From: Protoeuglena noctilucae
Lineage: Eukaryota
Direction of reading: 5' to 3'
DNA length: 64,000 nucleotides
Assembly (NCBI GenBank): GCA_958009085.1
Contig: OY253672.1
Coordinates: forward strand, 930,001-994,000
Shown: piece by piece, positions 34,711 through 47,537 of the stretch
Layout: every line of letters starts with the position of its first letter
How positions within the stretch are numbered: position 1 is the stretch's first letter
The notes under the pieces: generated by a model
What the model was told of the DNA's origin: nothing
Seen by the model: the letters and a program-made list of their open reading frames with translations, nothing else
Databases searched by the model: none
Position numbers and translations under genes: made by a program

Positions 34711-37463
34711 ATGCTGCCGGAGCACGCCCCTTTGGAAGGGGTGATTGGCGTGTTCAACGAGGAGGGGAGCGCTCTGGCGCTCATCAGCCCAGATGGGCGC
34801 ATCACCCTGCACGACACTGGTGAGCGGGAGACTCGGGACCCTGCGGAGGCGTGGGCCGCGTTTGCCGGGGCTTCCCCCGCCCATTCCCTCTGTTGAACGT
34901 CGAATGATTGCACCGCATGTCTGCTTTGATAGAATATGCGCGGACGCGAGAGCATCGGCCGCCCTTTCTCCCGGACTGGAGACGGCGGGCCCGCCGCTGT
35001 CCGCTCGGGACCTTTGGCGCCGTGCTGAACCCCTGCGATTGCAATTTCGATACTTTGTCATGGATGGAGTGGGATAGCACTGGGACAGGGCCGCTCGGGG
35101 TTGCGCGACGGCCGAAAGTGGCTCCCGAGTTCCCCCTGGCGCAGCCGGGACCTCGGCCCCGGTCAATCTGGTGACAGCGACCGGCGGGATGGCGAACGGG
35201 GAAGGACATCTTGCCGACCAGTGCCAGTGCGCGGCGTGGGGGACGGCGGTGACGGCCAAGGGCCGCAGGAAGCAAGGCGAGGGGCAGCGCCGGCCAAGGG
35301 GCGCCCGTCGCCGCGGCCGGTGGCCGGCGGAGCTCCGCTGTTGCGTCCGTCGATCGCGTAAGCCTCCCTCCGCGTCCCGCTCGCGCAGTCCTGGCCGTGG
35401 GGCTGCAGTCGGGGGCTGTGCGCGCCTATGACGTCGACCGCAGCCGCGTCCTGTGGACCGCCCCGGAGTGCCACGAGGGCGGCGTCGCGTCCCTGGGCTT
35501 TTCTGTCGCAGACGGCGGCCGCTTCTTCACCTGCGGCCCGGACGCGCGCGTCGCGGGGCTCTCGGCGACCTCAGGCGACACGGCCGTGCAGTTCCAGGCT
35601 GGGTCCCGGGGCCTCACCGCCGTCTCTGCCAGCCCCGACGGGTCCCGCATCCTCGCCGCGTCCTCCTCCGTGGCCATCTACGCCGCGGACGGCACCCGCA
35701 CCTCAAAGTTCACCGGGCACCCCAACCCAGCATGTGCCGCCGCCTTCTCTCCCGACGGTGCTTACGCCGTCTCCGCCGCCAGCGGGGAACTCTCCGCCCT
35801 CGTTTGGGATTCCTTTCGCCGCAAGGGTGGTGCCCTCTGCGCCCTGCCGCTCCCAGCCCCGGCCATGCGCGTCTTCACCAGCCCACTCCCCAACCAATCC
35901 GAGGCATTTGCGTGCGGGGTCATTACCGAGGCAGGGGAGCTGCTCGTCTTCCGCGTGGAGCCCGGCGCGGGCCAGGTGCGCCCGCCGCGGCGCTCGCTTG
36001 GCGCTTCGCGGGTCAGCGTGGGCCCGACGGCGCCCGTCAAGGGGTGTGTCTCTGACACCGCTCACAGGTGCACGAGTTGGCGCACATCGCGGGGGCGAAG
36101 GGGAAGAAGGGCGGCAAGGGCGTAGTGCTGGCTGCGTCGCTGCGAGGCTCGGAGGTGCTGCTGGCCCACGGGCCGCCCATCCGCCCCACCATCGCCCGCG
36201 TCGCGTTCGAGCGAGGGGGCGAGCCTGTGGGGTCCGTGGCGCTGGAGGCGCGAGGGGGCGCGCTACTGGATGACAAGGGCGGCGTGAACGGTTCCGGGAC
36301 ACCGGCGGCCCAGGCGAAGCCTCGCAAGGTAGTGGCGGCAGACGGGGGCGATGAAACGGTGCGGGTGCGGCCGCCGCTTGACTCGCGGGGCCAGGCCAAG
36401 CGCGGGCGGGGGGAGTCGGAAGACGAGGGGTCGAGCGAGGAGGAGGAGGATGGCGGGAGTGGGGATGAGGGCATGGAGGAGCCTGGGACGTCGCCGGACG
36501 GGTCGGGCGCCGAGGACGGAGAGGGCGCGGGGTTCGGGGAGCGGGAGACGACGCTGGGGGAGCGGGTGGCGGCGCTGGAGGAGCAGTACGAGCGATTGGA
36601 GGGGGCGAGGCCTAGGGCGGCGGCGGAGGCCGGGGCGGACGCCGGGGCGGGGGCGGGGGCGGGGGCAGGGCCGAGCACGTCGCGGGCCGCGGAGGTCCGC
36701 GAGGCCATTCGGGCCGACTCTCTGAGCGTGCTGCTGACGCAGGCGATCCGGTGAGAGCGCTGGGGGTGAGGTTGATCTTGCCTGCGGTCATTGGCAAGCT
36801 GCCGGCAGCGACGCGCCAGTGCTCCCCCGCTTGCGCAGGGCGGGCGACCGCGCCCTGCTGGAGCGGTGTCTCTCGGTGGGCCAGAAGCGCGTGGTGACCA
36901 ACACGGTCCGCCGCCTGCTCCCCGCGGACGCCGCGGCGTTCCTCCGTGCTGCGGTGGCGCGGCTGGTGTCGCGGCCGCAGCGAGGGCGGCAGCTGACCAC
37001 GTGGGTGCGCGCAGTCCTGTCCCACCACGCGTCCTACCTCATGGCGGCTCCCGGCGCCCAGGCTCCCCTCGCGACCCTCTACCGCGCCATCGACGCGCGT
37101 GCGGCGTCCTTCCGTGGCCTCCTGTCCCTCCAGGGCCGCCTGGAGCTCGTCACCGCCGCGGTGCCTGAGGCTGCCGACGACGTGGACGTCGGGTGGCCCA
37201 AGGTGGAAATCGACGAGGCAGAGGCGAGTGCGGGACGGGGCAGGGCGACCTGGCGTGTTTTGCCAAGGAGTGAAATCACTTGCTCTCGCTGGGCTGACTT
37301 CATGCACTCACTGTCGCTGGGTCTTCAATGCGCGCAGTTGAGCGATGCAGAGCGGCTTGGCGATGACTACACCGAGAGCGACAGCGAATCAGGGGACGCG
37401 GCGACCTCTTCGGAAGACGACGAGGGCGACGGGTCTGAATCTGGGAGCGAGGAAGCCGACTGA
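34711..37463 (+). CDS. UTP5: WDR43/UTP5-like SSU processome protein (WD40 plus Utp12 domain)
   Basis: WD repeats (KFTGH, FSPDG), ADSLSVLLTQA, DRALLERCL, NTVRRL, WVRAVLSHHASYL, LLSLQGRLEL, acidic tail. Confidence 0.85.
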
Positions 37464-37542
37464 AAGGGGCGTGCCGGGCGACTAGAGAGCGCGGGGCGAG
37501 CCATAGGACCTGGAGAGCTGGTTGCCTGTCTGAAGGAAAGGG

Positions 37543-37547
37543 TGTAA
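37543..37547 (+). terminator. TGTAA chlorophyte poly(A) signal candidate for UTP5
   Basis: TGTAA lies about 80 nt after the stop at 37463. Confidence 0.55.
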
Positions 37548-37550
37548 GCA

Positions 37551-37639
37551 GTGAACAGAGGCGGGGCTCGTCACAAGCTGTGAACGGAGGCGGGGCTCGT
37601 CACATCAAGCTGTGAACAGAGGCAGGGCCCGTCACATCA
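37551..37639. repeat. About 30-bp tandem repeat x3 overlapping the LONRF stop and 3' UTR
   Basis: GTGAAC(A/G)GAGGC(G/A)GGGC(T/C)CGTCACA units start at 37551, 37580 and 37612. Confidence 0.9.
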
Positions 37640-40078
37640 TCTGGCACCCCGTGGAGCGCCCTGGGCTGGTCTCAGAAGTCGTGAGGGCCTCCTTGACAGC
37701 CTTCAAGCGTCCGAGAGTGCTCCGGGTCGCCAACAGCTGCATCTCAGAGTTGGTGTCCATTGGGACCAAGGACGCCACTGGGAGCGGAAACCAGGGATGG
37801 AGTTAGGGAAGTGTAGGATGGTGCCGCCGCTGTTCACGCAATGCTGGTCAAGCGAACAGTGGCCAGCGTGGGGGACGCTTCATGTGCCACGTCGAGGTGC
37901 AAGCGGCACTCACCGAAGAGCCCGAGTGCCTCCGGTTCGTCGACAGAGGGAAGTTCCCTCAGCTGCTCAACGATCCTCCGCACGCCCGGCATCGACTCGG
38001 GCAGTCGCGCCAGCCGCGCACCGAAGTCCACCGCCAGCTGCCGCACCTCCTGCGCAGCACGAGAGAGTAGTGAGTAAAGGCCGCAGCACTGTCTCATTAT
38101 CTCGACCCGACCCTCCACATGTTGCCGAGCCCGTCCCATCCATGGCCCGCCCCTCTGCATGTTGACTCCGTCTGCCTAGAAGGCAGACCCGCTCCTCACC
38201 GCGCTGAAAGCCTGTATTTCGTTGGCCTCCTCCGCACTCTGCACCTCCTCGTCCGTCAGCGGACGGACCCGCCCCACACGGTAGCCGTCCAGCTCCCAGG
38301 ACTCGCAGACCACGATGCGGCGCACACCCTGAGCACGAGATATGCAACGCATTAAGTCAATCCATCCGGAGACGCTACAGCGAGGTGCGGATGCTTCAGG
38401 GAGGTTGCAGGGGGTGGTTGAGAGCCACAGCGCGGTGCGAACCCTGCGCTCGCCTTGATCTCCAGGTAGTACCTCCCGTCCGGCTGCAGCTGGCAGTCAG
38501 TGATCTCCACCTCGGTCGCAATGGGGTGCACCTTCCTTTGCACCTCCCGGGTCTCCCGCTCCATCACGTTCGTCATCACCGCCATGCCGAACCTCCGCGA
38601 TCCCTCCATGCACCGACGAGTCATCAACCGGTACCTGCAGCGACCACGAGTGGTAAGGAAGTCGCCCAACGGGCTCCCCACTCACTACGAAGCAAGTGCA
38701 CCGTGCATGGTGGGTGGTCCCACGCACGCCACTTCACACTGCAGCAGTCTGCCTCACCGGGGCTCGAAGATGTTGAGCGCGATGGTGGAGCCCGGGAAGA
38801 GGCACGACATGATGAAGAGGGGCAGGGTGATGTCCCCGGAGGCTGTGGCCTCGTCGGCCAGGCCGCGTGCAGCTGCGTGCTCCTGGGCCCTCTCGGCGTA
38901 CTCGTCGGGGAAGCAGGCGCGGAGGAGGTTGGCGAGGACGAGCGTGACGGGAAGCTGGGGCACGGGGAGAGGTGCGACGGCGGAAGGTCAGCGATGACGC
39001 GAGGTGTCGCATCCGAGGAACGGCGTAGAAGTGGGGCGCGGAGACGGTCTGAGACTGGCTCGCATGCAGGCCCCGCTCACCCGTCGCCCGGTGTGGAGGA
39101 CTGTGCGGCACAGGGGGCACTTGGGCTGGTGCTCGATGGCACGCTCGAAGCACTCGCGGCAGAACGAGTGACCGCAGGGAGTCGTGACGGGCTCGAACAG
39201 CATCTTGTAGCACTGCGGGCCACATGGCGTGGGATTGTGCCATCATGAACGCACATGCCACTGTGTGCGTTGCGCTGCGTGGGCCAGGTCGTGTTGGCGC
39301 ACACATCGCCGCGAGCAGCACGGCGACCAAGTGAGCATCCAGCCACGTCAGCACGAAGTGCCACTTGCCACGGTGCAGTCAAAGTCCTCGGTTGGCTCCA
39401 CGCGCCGGCGCTTGCTCGACGTGCGAGACAGGCTCGGCTGTCCCGGGACTTGGCTCGGGGCCTCGGGCGCAGGCCCTGGCATCTCAGCCTCGCTGAGGCG
39501 CTCGTCGATCGCTCGGAGTCCCGCTGCCAGCTCGGCGTCGGTCGGATCCAGCAGCATGCCCTCGAAGAAAGCCTCTCTTGCGCCTGTGTAGTCCTCAGCG
39601 AGGAAAAGCGCCGCGGCCTTGCGATGGTATCCCCTGGCACTGTCGGGTTCCAAATGAAGGGCTTTCTCCGCGTCCTTCAGGGCCAGCTCGGCTATCTGCG
39701 CGGGCGGGGCTTTCGTGCATTGCTTGCCGACCTATCGTCGCTAGCGTCGAGCCATGCATGCGTCCCAGTGGCGCGAATCGCTGCGGCGAGCGCATCGCTG
39801 CGTACCTGGGTAGGATCCTGCCCAAAGAGTGCATTGTCCTCGCTGTGCGACGCCGGGCGCATCCGCAGCGAGTAGCTCATCGAAGCGAAGGCCGCGGATC
39901 GGTTGCGGTGCACCAGGGCGGCATGCTTCCCCTTGCACGTGCGCAGGAGGGCCGTGTACTCGGCGATGGCTGATCGGTAGTTGCCCTCCACCAGAGCTGT
40001 GTCCGCAGTCGTGGACGGGGCGTCCGTGTAAACCTCTGGGGTTTTTTGGAGAATTGCATCCATCTGAGACTCCTCCAT
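37632..40078 (-). CDS. TPR + RING + LON substrate-binding domain protein (LONRF-like E3 ligase)
   Basis: TPR (ALKDAEKAL), RING DFDCTV|CYKMLFEPVTTPCGHSFCRECF...CPLCR, LON-N LPLFIM...LNIFEPR|YRLMTRRCMEGSRRFGM. Ends CQMM*. Confidence 0.9.
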
Positions 40079-40286
40079 GCTCAGCGCTACTCTACGTACA
40101 TCGCCGGGCGTCGCCCTTCGAGGGGTTGGTGGACGGACAGTGTCCAGGGCGCGTAAAAATCCTGGAGCAACTTTTGCCCTAGCCAGAAATCATTCTTTGA
40201 AGACAGCTGCGCACGCGCGCATCCCACAAGTTCTCTGTGGGCCTGTTGGCCGTTCGTTGTGGCCAGCGCGTGTCGCGGTCGGCGCG

Positions 40287-43200
40287 ATGGGGCCGAAGGG
40301 GGGCGCACGCGGGAAGGCCGCGCTCCAGCTCAAGGTGCGCCGCGCGCGGGGGTCGGCGGGCGAATCGGCGGATGCGTCATCGCGAGTTCGTCGCTATTGC
40401 TGCCGCGGCCGCGACAGCAACGGTCGCATCTCAACACACGACGCGTAGGCGCGGGATCCCAGCCGCCGCTGTTGCGCGCAGCTGGACGCCGTGTACGATG
40501 CTATGGACAGCGGGCACTGGAAGCGCGCGCTGAAGCTCATCGACACGCTGTGGGCGAAAGACTCGAGCGACCCGGAGCTTCGCGCCCTGCGCGGGACGGC
40601 CCTGTCCAAGTCGGGGCGCGGGGCGGATGCGCTGGCCACCGTCGAGCCGCTCGTGGCGGCGGGCGTGACGAACGCGCACGTCCGTAATCTCACCGCGCGC
40701 GTGCTGCGATGGGAGGGGCGCCAGGATCTCCTCGCCGACCTCTACGAGGCCGGCATGAGCGGAGCGACCACGGCCGATGGTCTTCGGGAGCTTTTCCACG
40801 CCATGTCCGGTCTCGGGCTGCACGTCAAGCAGCAGCAGGCGGCGATGAGGTGCGCGCCCCCCTCTGCTGCCCCTGCATAGCAGGGTAGCTCGCACGCTGG
40901 GTGGCAGACCCCGCCTAGACAGTAGACAGTGTGGGGAGCCCTGTGCGCCACTGCGACCTAGTGACCTCGACGATACTCGCCCCTGCTAGCAGGTTGAGCC
41001 GGCTGGAGGGCTCTCGTGAGGCGCAGTGGTGGGCGATTGTGTCGGTGGTGCTCCAAGCGCGCGCGGCTGCCCGCGCCCTGCTGCCCGGCACCCCGGAGAG
41101 CGCCGGCTTGGAGCTCGGCGCGGGCAAAGGGACGTCTCCGTCCGTGGAGCAGCTGGCTCAGCTGGCCCTGCGCATGGCGACGGACGCCAAGCTGCCTCGT
41201 CCCAGGACCGCACCAGAGGAGGGCGTGGTGCTGGGGCTACTGAGGGCGACGGGGCAGCACGAGGAGGTGCTTGCGGAGCTGAACAGAGCCGGTGAGGGCG
41301 AGGGGGCACATGCAGGCACACATAAGGTCCTTGCAGGGAGTGCTGCTCCAGCAGCAAGTGAAAGCCAAACAGTCAGCAAGCAGAGCCGTCGCGATGTGAA
41401 TTGGAGGTTCGTTCGTTTCGCTGCAGACGTTACTGGGGCGGGGGGCGATGTGGTGGAGGCGAGGGCGGCGGTGGCGGCATCGCTGGGGCGTGCGGAGGAG
41501 GCGCGGGTGCTGTGGGAGGAGGCACTGCGGGTCCGACCCGATGACTGGTGGCTGTGGCTGCAATGGGGGGCGTGCGTGGTGCCGTTGGGGGGTCGCTGCA
41601 CTGCAGATGCGTACCGGTGCGTTGGGCGCGGGTGGATGACGCTCGCCAGCTCGGCTGACGGATGAATGGCCGCGAACGCAACCAATGCACCCTCTCTCTC
41701 TCGTTGCGGCGCAGGCCCGAGGGCGAGATGGACTCCATGGTCATCGCAGTGCAGCACGTCATGGGCACGGCCCCGAGGGCCGACTCGGTGCCTTTGGACC
41801 AGGTGACCCAGTGGACGCGCGGAGACAGGTCGATGGCAGTGCAGGGGGATGGAAGAGATACGCTGTGTTACAACCCAGCATTGCTGTAGGTGCCCGCTGT
41901 CTTTGCGACCGGCGACCACGGATGTGCATCAGCAGAAGGGTCAGAGTTGGCGGTGCTCACTATGCTGGGCGTGCCGAGTGAGCCTGGCGTTTATCGCCGT
42001 CGACGCAGGAGCCGAACGAGGAGTTGCTGGCGAGGGCCCGGGCGTTTCTGGCGGACTTGCAGCGGAGCGCCGATGAGGCGGCGGGGGGCCAGCTGGTGCG
42101 GGCACCCCTGCTGGCGGCGGCAGAGCTGGAGCGCAGGCTAATGCTGCGGCGGAACGCGGGGGAGCGCGACGGGCGCGCCCTCACAGCCGCGGTGTCTGCG
42201 TACTTTGACCGATACGGCCATGTGACGAGCGCCGCGGCGGATGTGGCGGCGGTGGTTTCCCGCGACCTGGTGCGTGGTGGCGCGGCGTCATGGCATGACG
42301 GAAGTGGAATGGATGGGATGCCTTGCCAGCGAAGTTTTTGATGCCTGGGCAGCCTGTTGCTTGCGCTTGTGACACAGCCAGCGAACCTGTCCGTGTCAGG
42401 GTGCAGTTGCGCGACGCATGCGAAGGATGCAAGCTTGTTCTGATGCTTCCCTGTCCCGCAGCCGTGGCATGGCCGGGAGGAGTTGGCCCGCACCCTTCGC
42501 GATAGCTGCCCGGAGGTGGCGGGCGAGGGCAAGGAGGCGGAGAGGGCCTTGCGCCGCCTCGTCTCTGCTCGCGCGGCCGCTCACTGCATGGGACTCCCCC
42601 GGCAAGAACGCCCCGACGAGGCACAGGCGGCATGGGTCGAGGTGCGGGGCCTCTCCTGTTTGCGCCTCCCTCTTATCCATCTCGCCCATTTGATAGACGA
42701 TGCTGTCGATCGGAGAGTCAACAGCATGAGGGCTTGTTACAAAACCCTTCTGCTCACTTACGTGACAGATGACTGCACTCACGCGCGTGATGCTTGTGGC
42801 GCTTCCGTGGAGACCCGGTGAGACTCCGCCGCTCTGCGTCTCACTGCAGGAGGCGCAGTCTCTCGCAGAGGTCTTCTGGTCGACGCTCCCGCTGAGCAAG
42901 GGCCTGGACCGCCGGGAAAGGGGCCCGTCGGACGAGGCAGTGACCATGGCCGCGTCGTACCTCGTGCACGCCTACGCCGCCTCGCACCGGGGGGCGCGTG
43001 GCGCAGGGGACGCGGAGGGGGCGGGGCCCGACGGCGCCCCGCACGCCCCGCGGGTGGAGCTGGCGGCCGCGGCGCTGCTGGTGCTGGAGAGTGCGCTGCG
43101 GAAGCGGCCCCACAACGCGGGGATGCTGGTGGCGGCCGCCTCATGCTGCGCGCTCCTGGGGTCCCTGCCGGCCATGATGGGCCACGTCAAGGCCCTGGAC

Positions 43201-45302
43201 CTGAAGCAAGTGCAGCTTGAGTCCCTCGTCCCTCACCTGGTCACGCCGGCAGGTCAGCGTTGGGCATAGTGGCCAGCGCAGGACCGGGGCGCTTGGTGGG
43301 CCCCACACACCCCGTTGCTGTGCTCTGGGTCAAACTCCGTCGCTGCTTGCTCGCAGCGGTGGCGTTGGGCGGGCCGAGCCAGGACACGTCGCGCGTGGTG
43401 GGCACGACGGTGGTGTTTGGCGACGACCACGCCGTAACACACCATGACTCCCTGCGCCTGTGCTTCGAGAAGGGGTCGTACACGAAGGCCGTCGAGTTCG
43501 TGGACTTCTCGCAGCGCATCGCACACTCGTTCGCCCGCGCCTGCGCCAAGGTCGAGGTGAGGGCGGTGGTGGCCCGGGAGGAACGGTGCGATGCGGGCGT
43601 CGATGGACCTGCCGCACTCGCCTGTGGCTGGCTGGGCGCGTCTGGCTCATCGCACGCAGTCACGTCGCTTCGGCTCGCCGCCCACGCAGCTGGCGGCCGC
43701 CGGCCTGCGCCAGGCGGTGCGTGGTGGGAGGGACGCCTTCCTGGCTGCGCTCGACACGGCAGCGTCGGCGGGGCGCCCGCTGGCGGAGCGAGCGCTGAGC
43801 GGGGACAGCGGCGGCGCTCCCGCGCTCGAGCCCTCCCGCCTGGCGCACCTGCACCTCAACTGGGACCTGTCCGTGCGTTGCGACTGGGCGCCGCCTGCAC
43901 CTGGCACCGCCGAGGCTCTCACGGGGTGGGCCGAGCGGGCGAGCGGGGGCGCCGAGAGCTGGGCCCCGGGCGTGGCCGTGGGCGCGAGCGGCAAATGGTG
44001 GGCGCGGCCGGGGGCTCTGGAAGAGGCGCAGCGGGCCGAGCGGGCAGGGCCCAGCGTGTCTGGCGGTGGCGGGGCAGACCGTGGCGGTGACTCCCAGGCT
44101 GACGCGGCGAGGGGCTTCTTGCTCGAGTCGCGGCGCGCCCTGGCGGCTCGCGCGTGCACTTTCGTCGCGGTGCGGGGTTGTGTGGTCCGGGAGGGGCCAG
44201 CGCAGCGCTCTGAGGAGGCAGCTGCGGAGGCGTTGATCGGTGAGCTTGAGAGAATGGGCGTCTCAGACAATGACGCGCACGCGAAGAGCCCCCTGGGGCG
44301 CCTGGCGATGGGTCGGCGGCTGCTGCGGTGGCTGCTGTGCGCATCGCGGGCGGTGGGGCGGGTGGCGGCGGGTCTCGAGGGCGGGCCGGGGGAGAACGAC
44401 GAGGGCTCTGCGGCGGAAGAGAGGCGCGAGGCGGTGGCCAGGGAGGCGTCCTCGGCACTGGAAGCGCTGAGTCAGGTCCGTGTCATGGTGTGCGCAAGCA
44501 AGCGCGTGCGCAGGACCAATGACGCGGGTGCGCTAGCGACTGCGAAGGCCTTGCTCCCTCGCAGGAGGTCTCGCGAGTGTGTAAGGCTGGGATCGTCGGG
44601 GGCCCCTGGCAGGGAGAGGACTGCGTGGCTAGCAAGGGAGAGCGGGGGGTCTCTGCGCTGCTGAGCGGAGACTGGGTGTCGTTCGTGGCGCGCACAGCCA
44701 GCGAGGAGCTGGCGTGGGTCAGGTGCGGCAGGGTGTCATGTTGCGGGAGGCGAGCGCGTGGCCCGTCACGACCATCTCCGGGCCGTTTCACGATCTGTCG
44801 CCGCTTCGCCCGCAGGTTCGCCCTGGAGTCGTGGGCGAGCGAGCTCGGCCTGCCGCGGGGCAAGAAGGCCAAGGCCCGGGCGAAGGGCGAGGCCCACGCG
44901 GGGGCGGAGGCGCTGGCCTCCGTACATGCAACCCTTCGCCAGGCCATCCGGGATTGCGAGGCGGCCATGGCGGCGGCGGGCGCGTGGCTGCGCGACGCAG
45001 CGAAGGCGGTGGCCAGGGGAGGGAGCCGAGCCGTCCTGCGTGAGTTGAACCGCCGGGGGGGGGGGGGGGGGGGGGGGTGTGGGTGCGGGGCGTGCTGGGC
45101 GACGCGTGGCGGGGGCAGCGACCGGCACGCCAGGCTGGCGCCCGCAGGCTCGCTGAGCGCGTTGGACGGGGCGCGGCTCTGGGGCTCCGAGGGTTTCGAC
45201 CCCGCGGGCGTGTTGGACGGGGTGGCGAAGGGCGTGGCTGCGACGCTCGACGAGGCCGCGAGGGACTTGGGGACGCTGGCCCGGGGGCTGGCGGGCATCT
45301 GA
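40287..45302 (+). CDS. NAA25: NatB N-terminal acetyltransferase auxiliary subunit (NAA25/MDM20-like)
   Basis: LDAVYDAMDSGHWKRALKL, KQQQAAMR, PDDWWLW, YFDRYGH..SAAADV, LDRRERGPSDE, ALDLKQVQLESL, FEKGSYTKAVEFVDF. Confidence 0.8.
45055..45077. repeat. Poly-G tract (about 23 nt), probably intronic
   Basis: Homopolymer downstream of a GTGAGT donor near 45039. Confidence 0.85.
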
Positions 45303-45464
45303 TGACGCGCGAACGCTTTCTAGCGAAACGGAACGGTGGGAGCAGATACGTCTTCAAGTCGACACTGCCCTAGGTCAGCAGGCGCGCCAAGCCGCGCGCT
45401 GCCCTGGCGTGACTCCGCGCGCAGCAACGTAGCTCGGCGCGGCGTCTACGCCTCCATCAGCGGC

Positions 45465-45882
45465 TTACTTCTTGCCGTCCTTCTGCGAGCGGGGAGAGGA
45501 GGAAACTTGAGGTCGACACATGCACACCCATGCATGTCGTCGAGGACGCGGCTGCGGCTGCGCGGCACGCGACACGGCATTTGCGATCTCACCTTGCCGG
45601 CGGCGGCGGGGGCGGCGGCCTTGGCGTCAGCGGGCTTGCCGGCGGGGGCAGCCTGCGAGGGCGAGGGCACGTTGACAGTTGGGCCGAGAACGGGAGTGCC
45701 GGGAGCGGATCGCGAGTGCCAGCGAGCAGGCCGCGCCGACAAAATGCATCAATTTGCGTCCGCGTCCTCGTGAGCCGAGAACAAGGTCCCCACATGCGGC
45801 CAACAACCTGCCCCATGGCCACACTCAACATCCCCCAGGCGCCACGCGGCCGCCTCACCTTGGCGTCCTTGGGCATCGGCAT
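45465..45882 (-). CDS. 33-aa Lys/Ala-rich microprotein, three exons
   Basis: Exons 45882-45859, 45652-45593 and 45482-45465, joined by phase-0 GTGAG..GCAG introns, give MPMPKDAKAAPAGKPADAKAAAPAAAGKKDGKK*. Start context AAAATG. Confidence 0.65.
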
Positions 45883-46617
45883 TTTGATGGAGTTGAGACA
45901 CGGCCAGTGAAGGACCTGCGGACGCGGGAAATGGCCGCGCGAGGTCAGTCGGGACCTCGACCGTTACGAACAGCTGGAGACCCCCCGCCTCGCGCCCCTG
46001 CGACCCGCAACACGCATGCAACCGGAGCCTCCGGCTAATCTACCCGCGAATGAACCAGGAACGGGCCACAGATACCGAAAAAGCGCTCCCCGAAACCGGC
46101 AAGGCCCCAACCGACAACCACACTTCGCAAGTCCCGCCGCGCGCAGGGAAGCGTCGAGGGGGCCCATCGCCCCGCCTGCCGCATTAGAAGCTACAAACGA
46201 AACGGGTTGCGTCCCCTAGTCGCGCGCAAGCCACGCATCGCACCGTGAGGCTGCGATAAACTACGGGCAGCCCGCGCCCCCTTTTGCTTGCTCGACTCAC
46301 CGAAAGAGTGCTGGATCGGGGGTCGTTGGAGGCTGGACATTGTCAGGGGGTACGGCGCGCTCGGGCTATTTGAGGTTTTCGCCTCGGGGCCGCGGGGGCG
46401 GTATGGACCTACGGGGCATTCCCCACCATGCCGAAATCCTAGTCTCCGCGCTCTCATCGCTACACTTTCGTCCCAATCGTGCATGCTTGAACCATCCCGA
46501 CGAGTCCTCCGGCCCAGACCGTGCCCGCCAGCAAAATTACGGCCCACCCGCGCACTGCGTCCGCCCATGGTGGGCAAATTTGGGTTCATGTGGTCGCTTG
46601 AGCCCGGGGTTGGGGCG

Positions 46618-47521
46618 ATGTCGTCCGCTGCCCCGGCCCTCGCGACGCCAGGAGGGCGGGCTGCCGCATGCGCGCTCGCCAACCCCGTCAGGGCCAGGAG
46701 GCGCGCCGCAAGGCCTTGCCTGGCCGCGTCTGCACGAGCGGAGCGGTCGAAAGATGCGGGAACGAGCGCCCAAACAAGCTCCCAAAGCGCCCCCGGCCTG
46801 CTCACGATGGCGGAGCTGGGGGAGGTGGCGGCCCGACGGGGCGTGCAGCTGAGGGTTCAGTCGTGGGGCCCGCTCTTCCGCATCACCTTCACGGAGCGCG
46901 GGCGGGACGTGGAGCTGGGACTCATCACCGGGTTCACGGTGCCCTTGCTCGGCCTCGTTCACTTCGAAAATATGCTGGTGGTGAGCCGTGCAGCGCGGCC
47001 ATGCGCGGATGCACCTGCCTGGCGCACATGTGTGTCGACGGGACGGTCACTGGCCCGCAGTTCAACTCGCGGATGCGCGGCAAGGGAGAGATGCGGCGAA
47101 ACGCCCTGGGCCTGGGCTTCCTGGTGGGGGCGGCGGGGATTGTCTACGGCCACGAGCGGGGGTGCACCAAGGCCGAGATCCTGGCCATCAACGACGACCC
47201 CACCCAGTTCCGAAAGCTGGTCAGGCAAGGGGCCGCGTGCACACATTGTCGCTGCGTGGGCCGCCGACCCTCCCGGTGCCCCTCATCCTGAGGCCCCGGT
47301 TGCCACCACCCAGGTATTACGAGCGTTTCGGGTGGGAGCCGGTGAGGGAGGTGACGGGGGACACCCTCGCCGACCTGCCGCACATGGTGGTGTGGGGCGG
47401 TGCGGGCATGCGCATGGACGCGGACATCGGCCGCATGATGAGGCGGTGGAGCAGGGCCGTCGCGCTCTCCGCAGCGACGGGAAACATGCCGACGCAGCCA
47501 CTTGAACCGGAAGAGTGCTGA
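46618..47521 (+). CDS. Conserved plant/algal GNAT-like protein of unknown function, probably plastid
   Basis: Transit-like N-terminus, GPLFRIT, GCTKAEILAINDD...KLVR|YYERFG...LPHMVVWGGAGMRMDA. Start codon uncertain. Confidence 0.65.
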
Positions 47522-47537
47522 GGGGCCCGGCCGCACC

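Noticed and set aside
37551..37639. CRISPR-like repeat array
   Set aside because: The units abut with no unique spacers, there are no cas genes, and the context is eukaryotic.
41887..41889. In-frame TAG in NAA25
   Set aside because: It is the TAG acceptor of a normal phase-0 GT-AG intron.
45055..45077. Poly-Gly coding segment in NAA25
   Set aside because: It follows a GTGAGT donor and is probably intronic. Homopolymer length is also unreliable.
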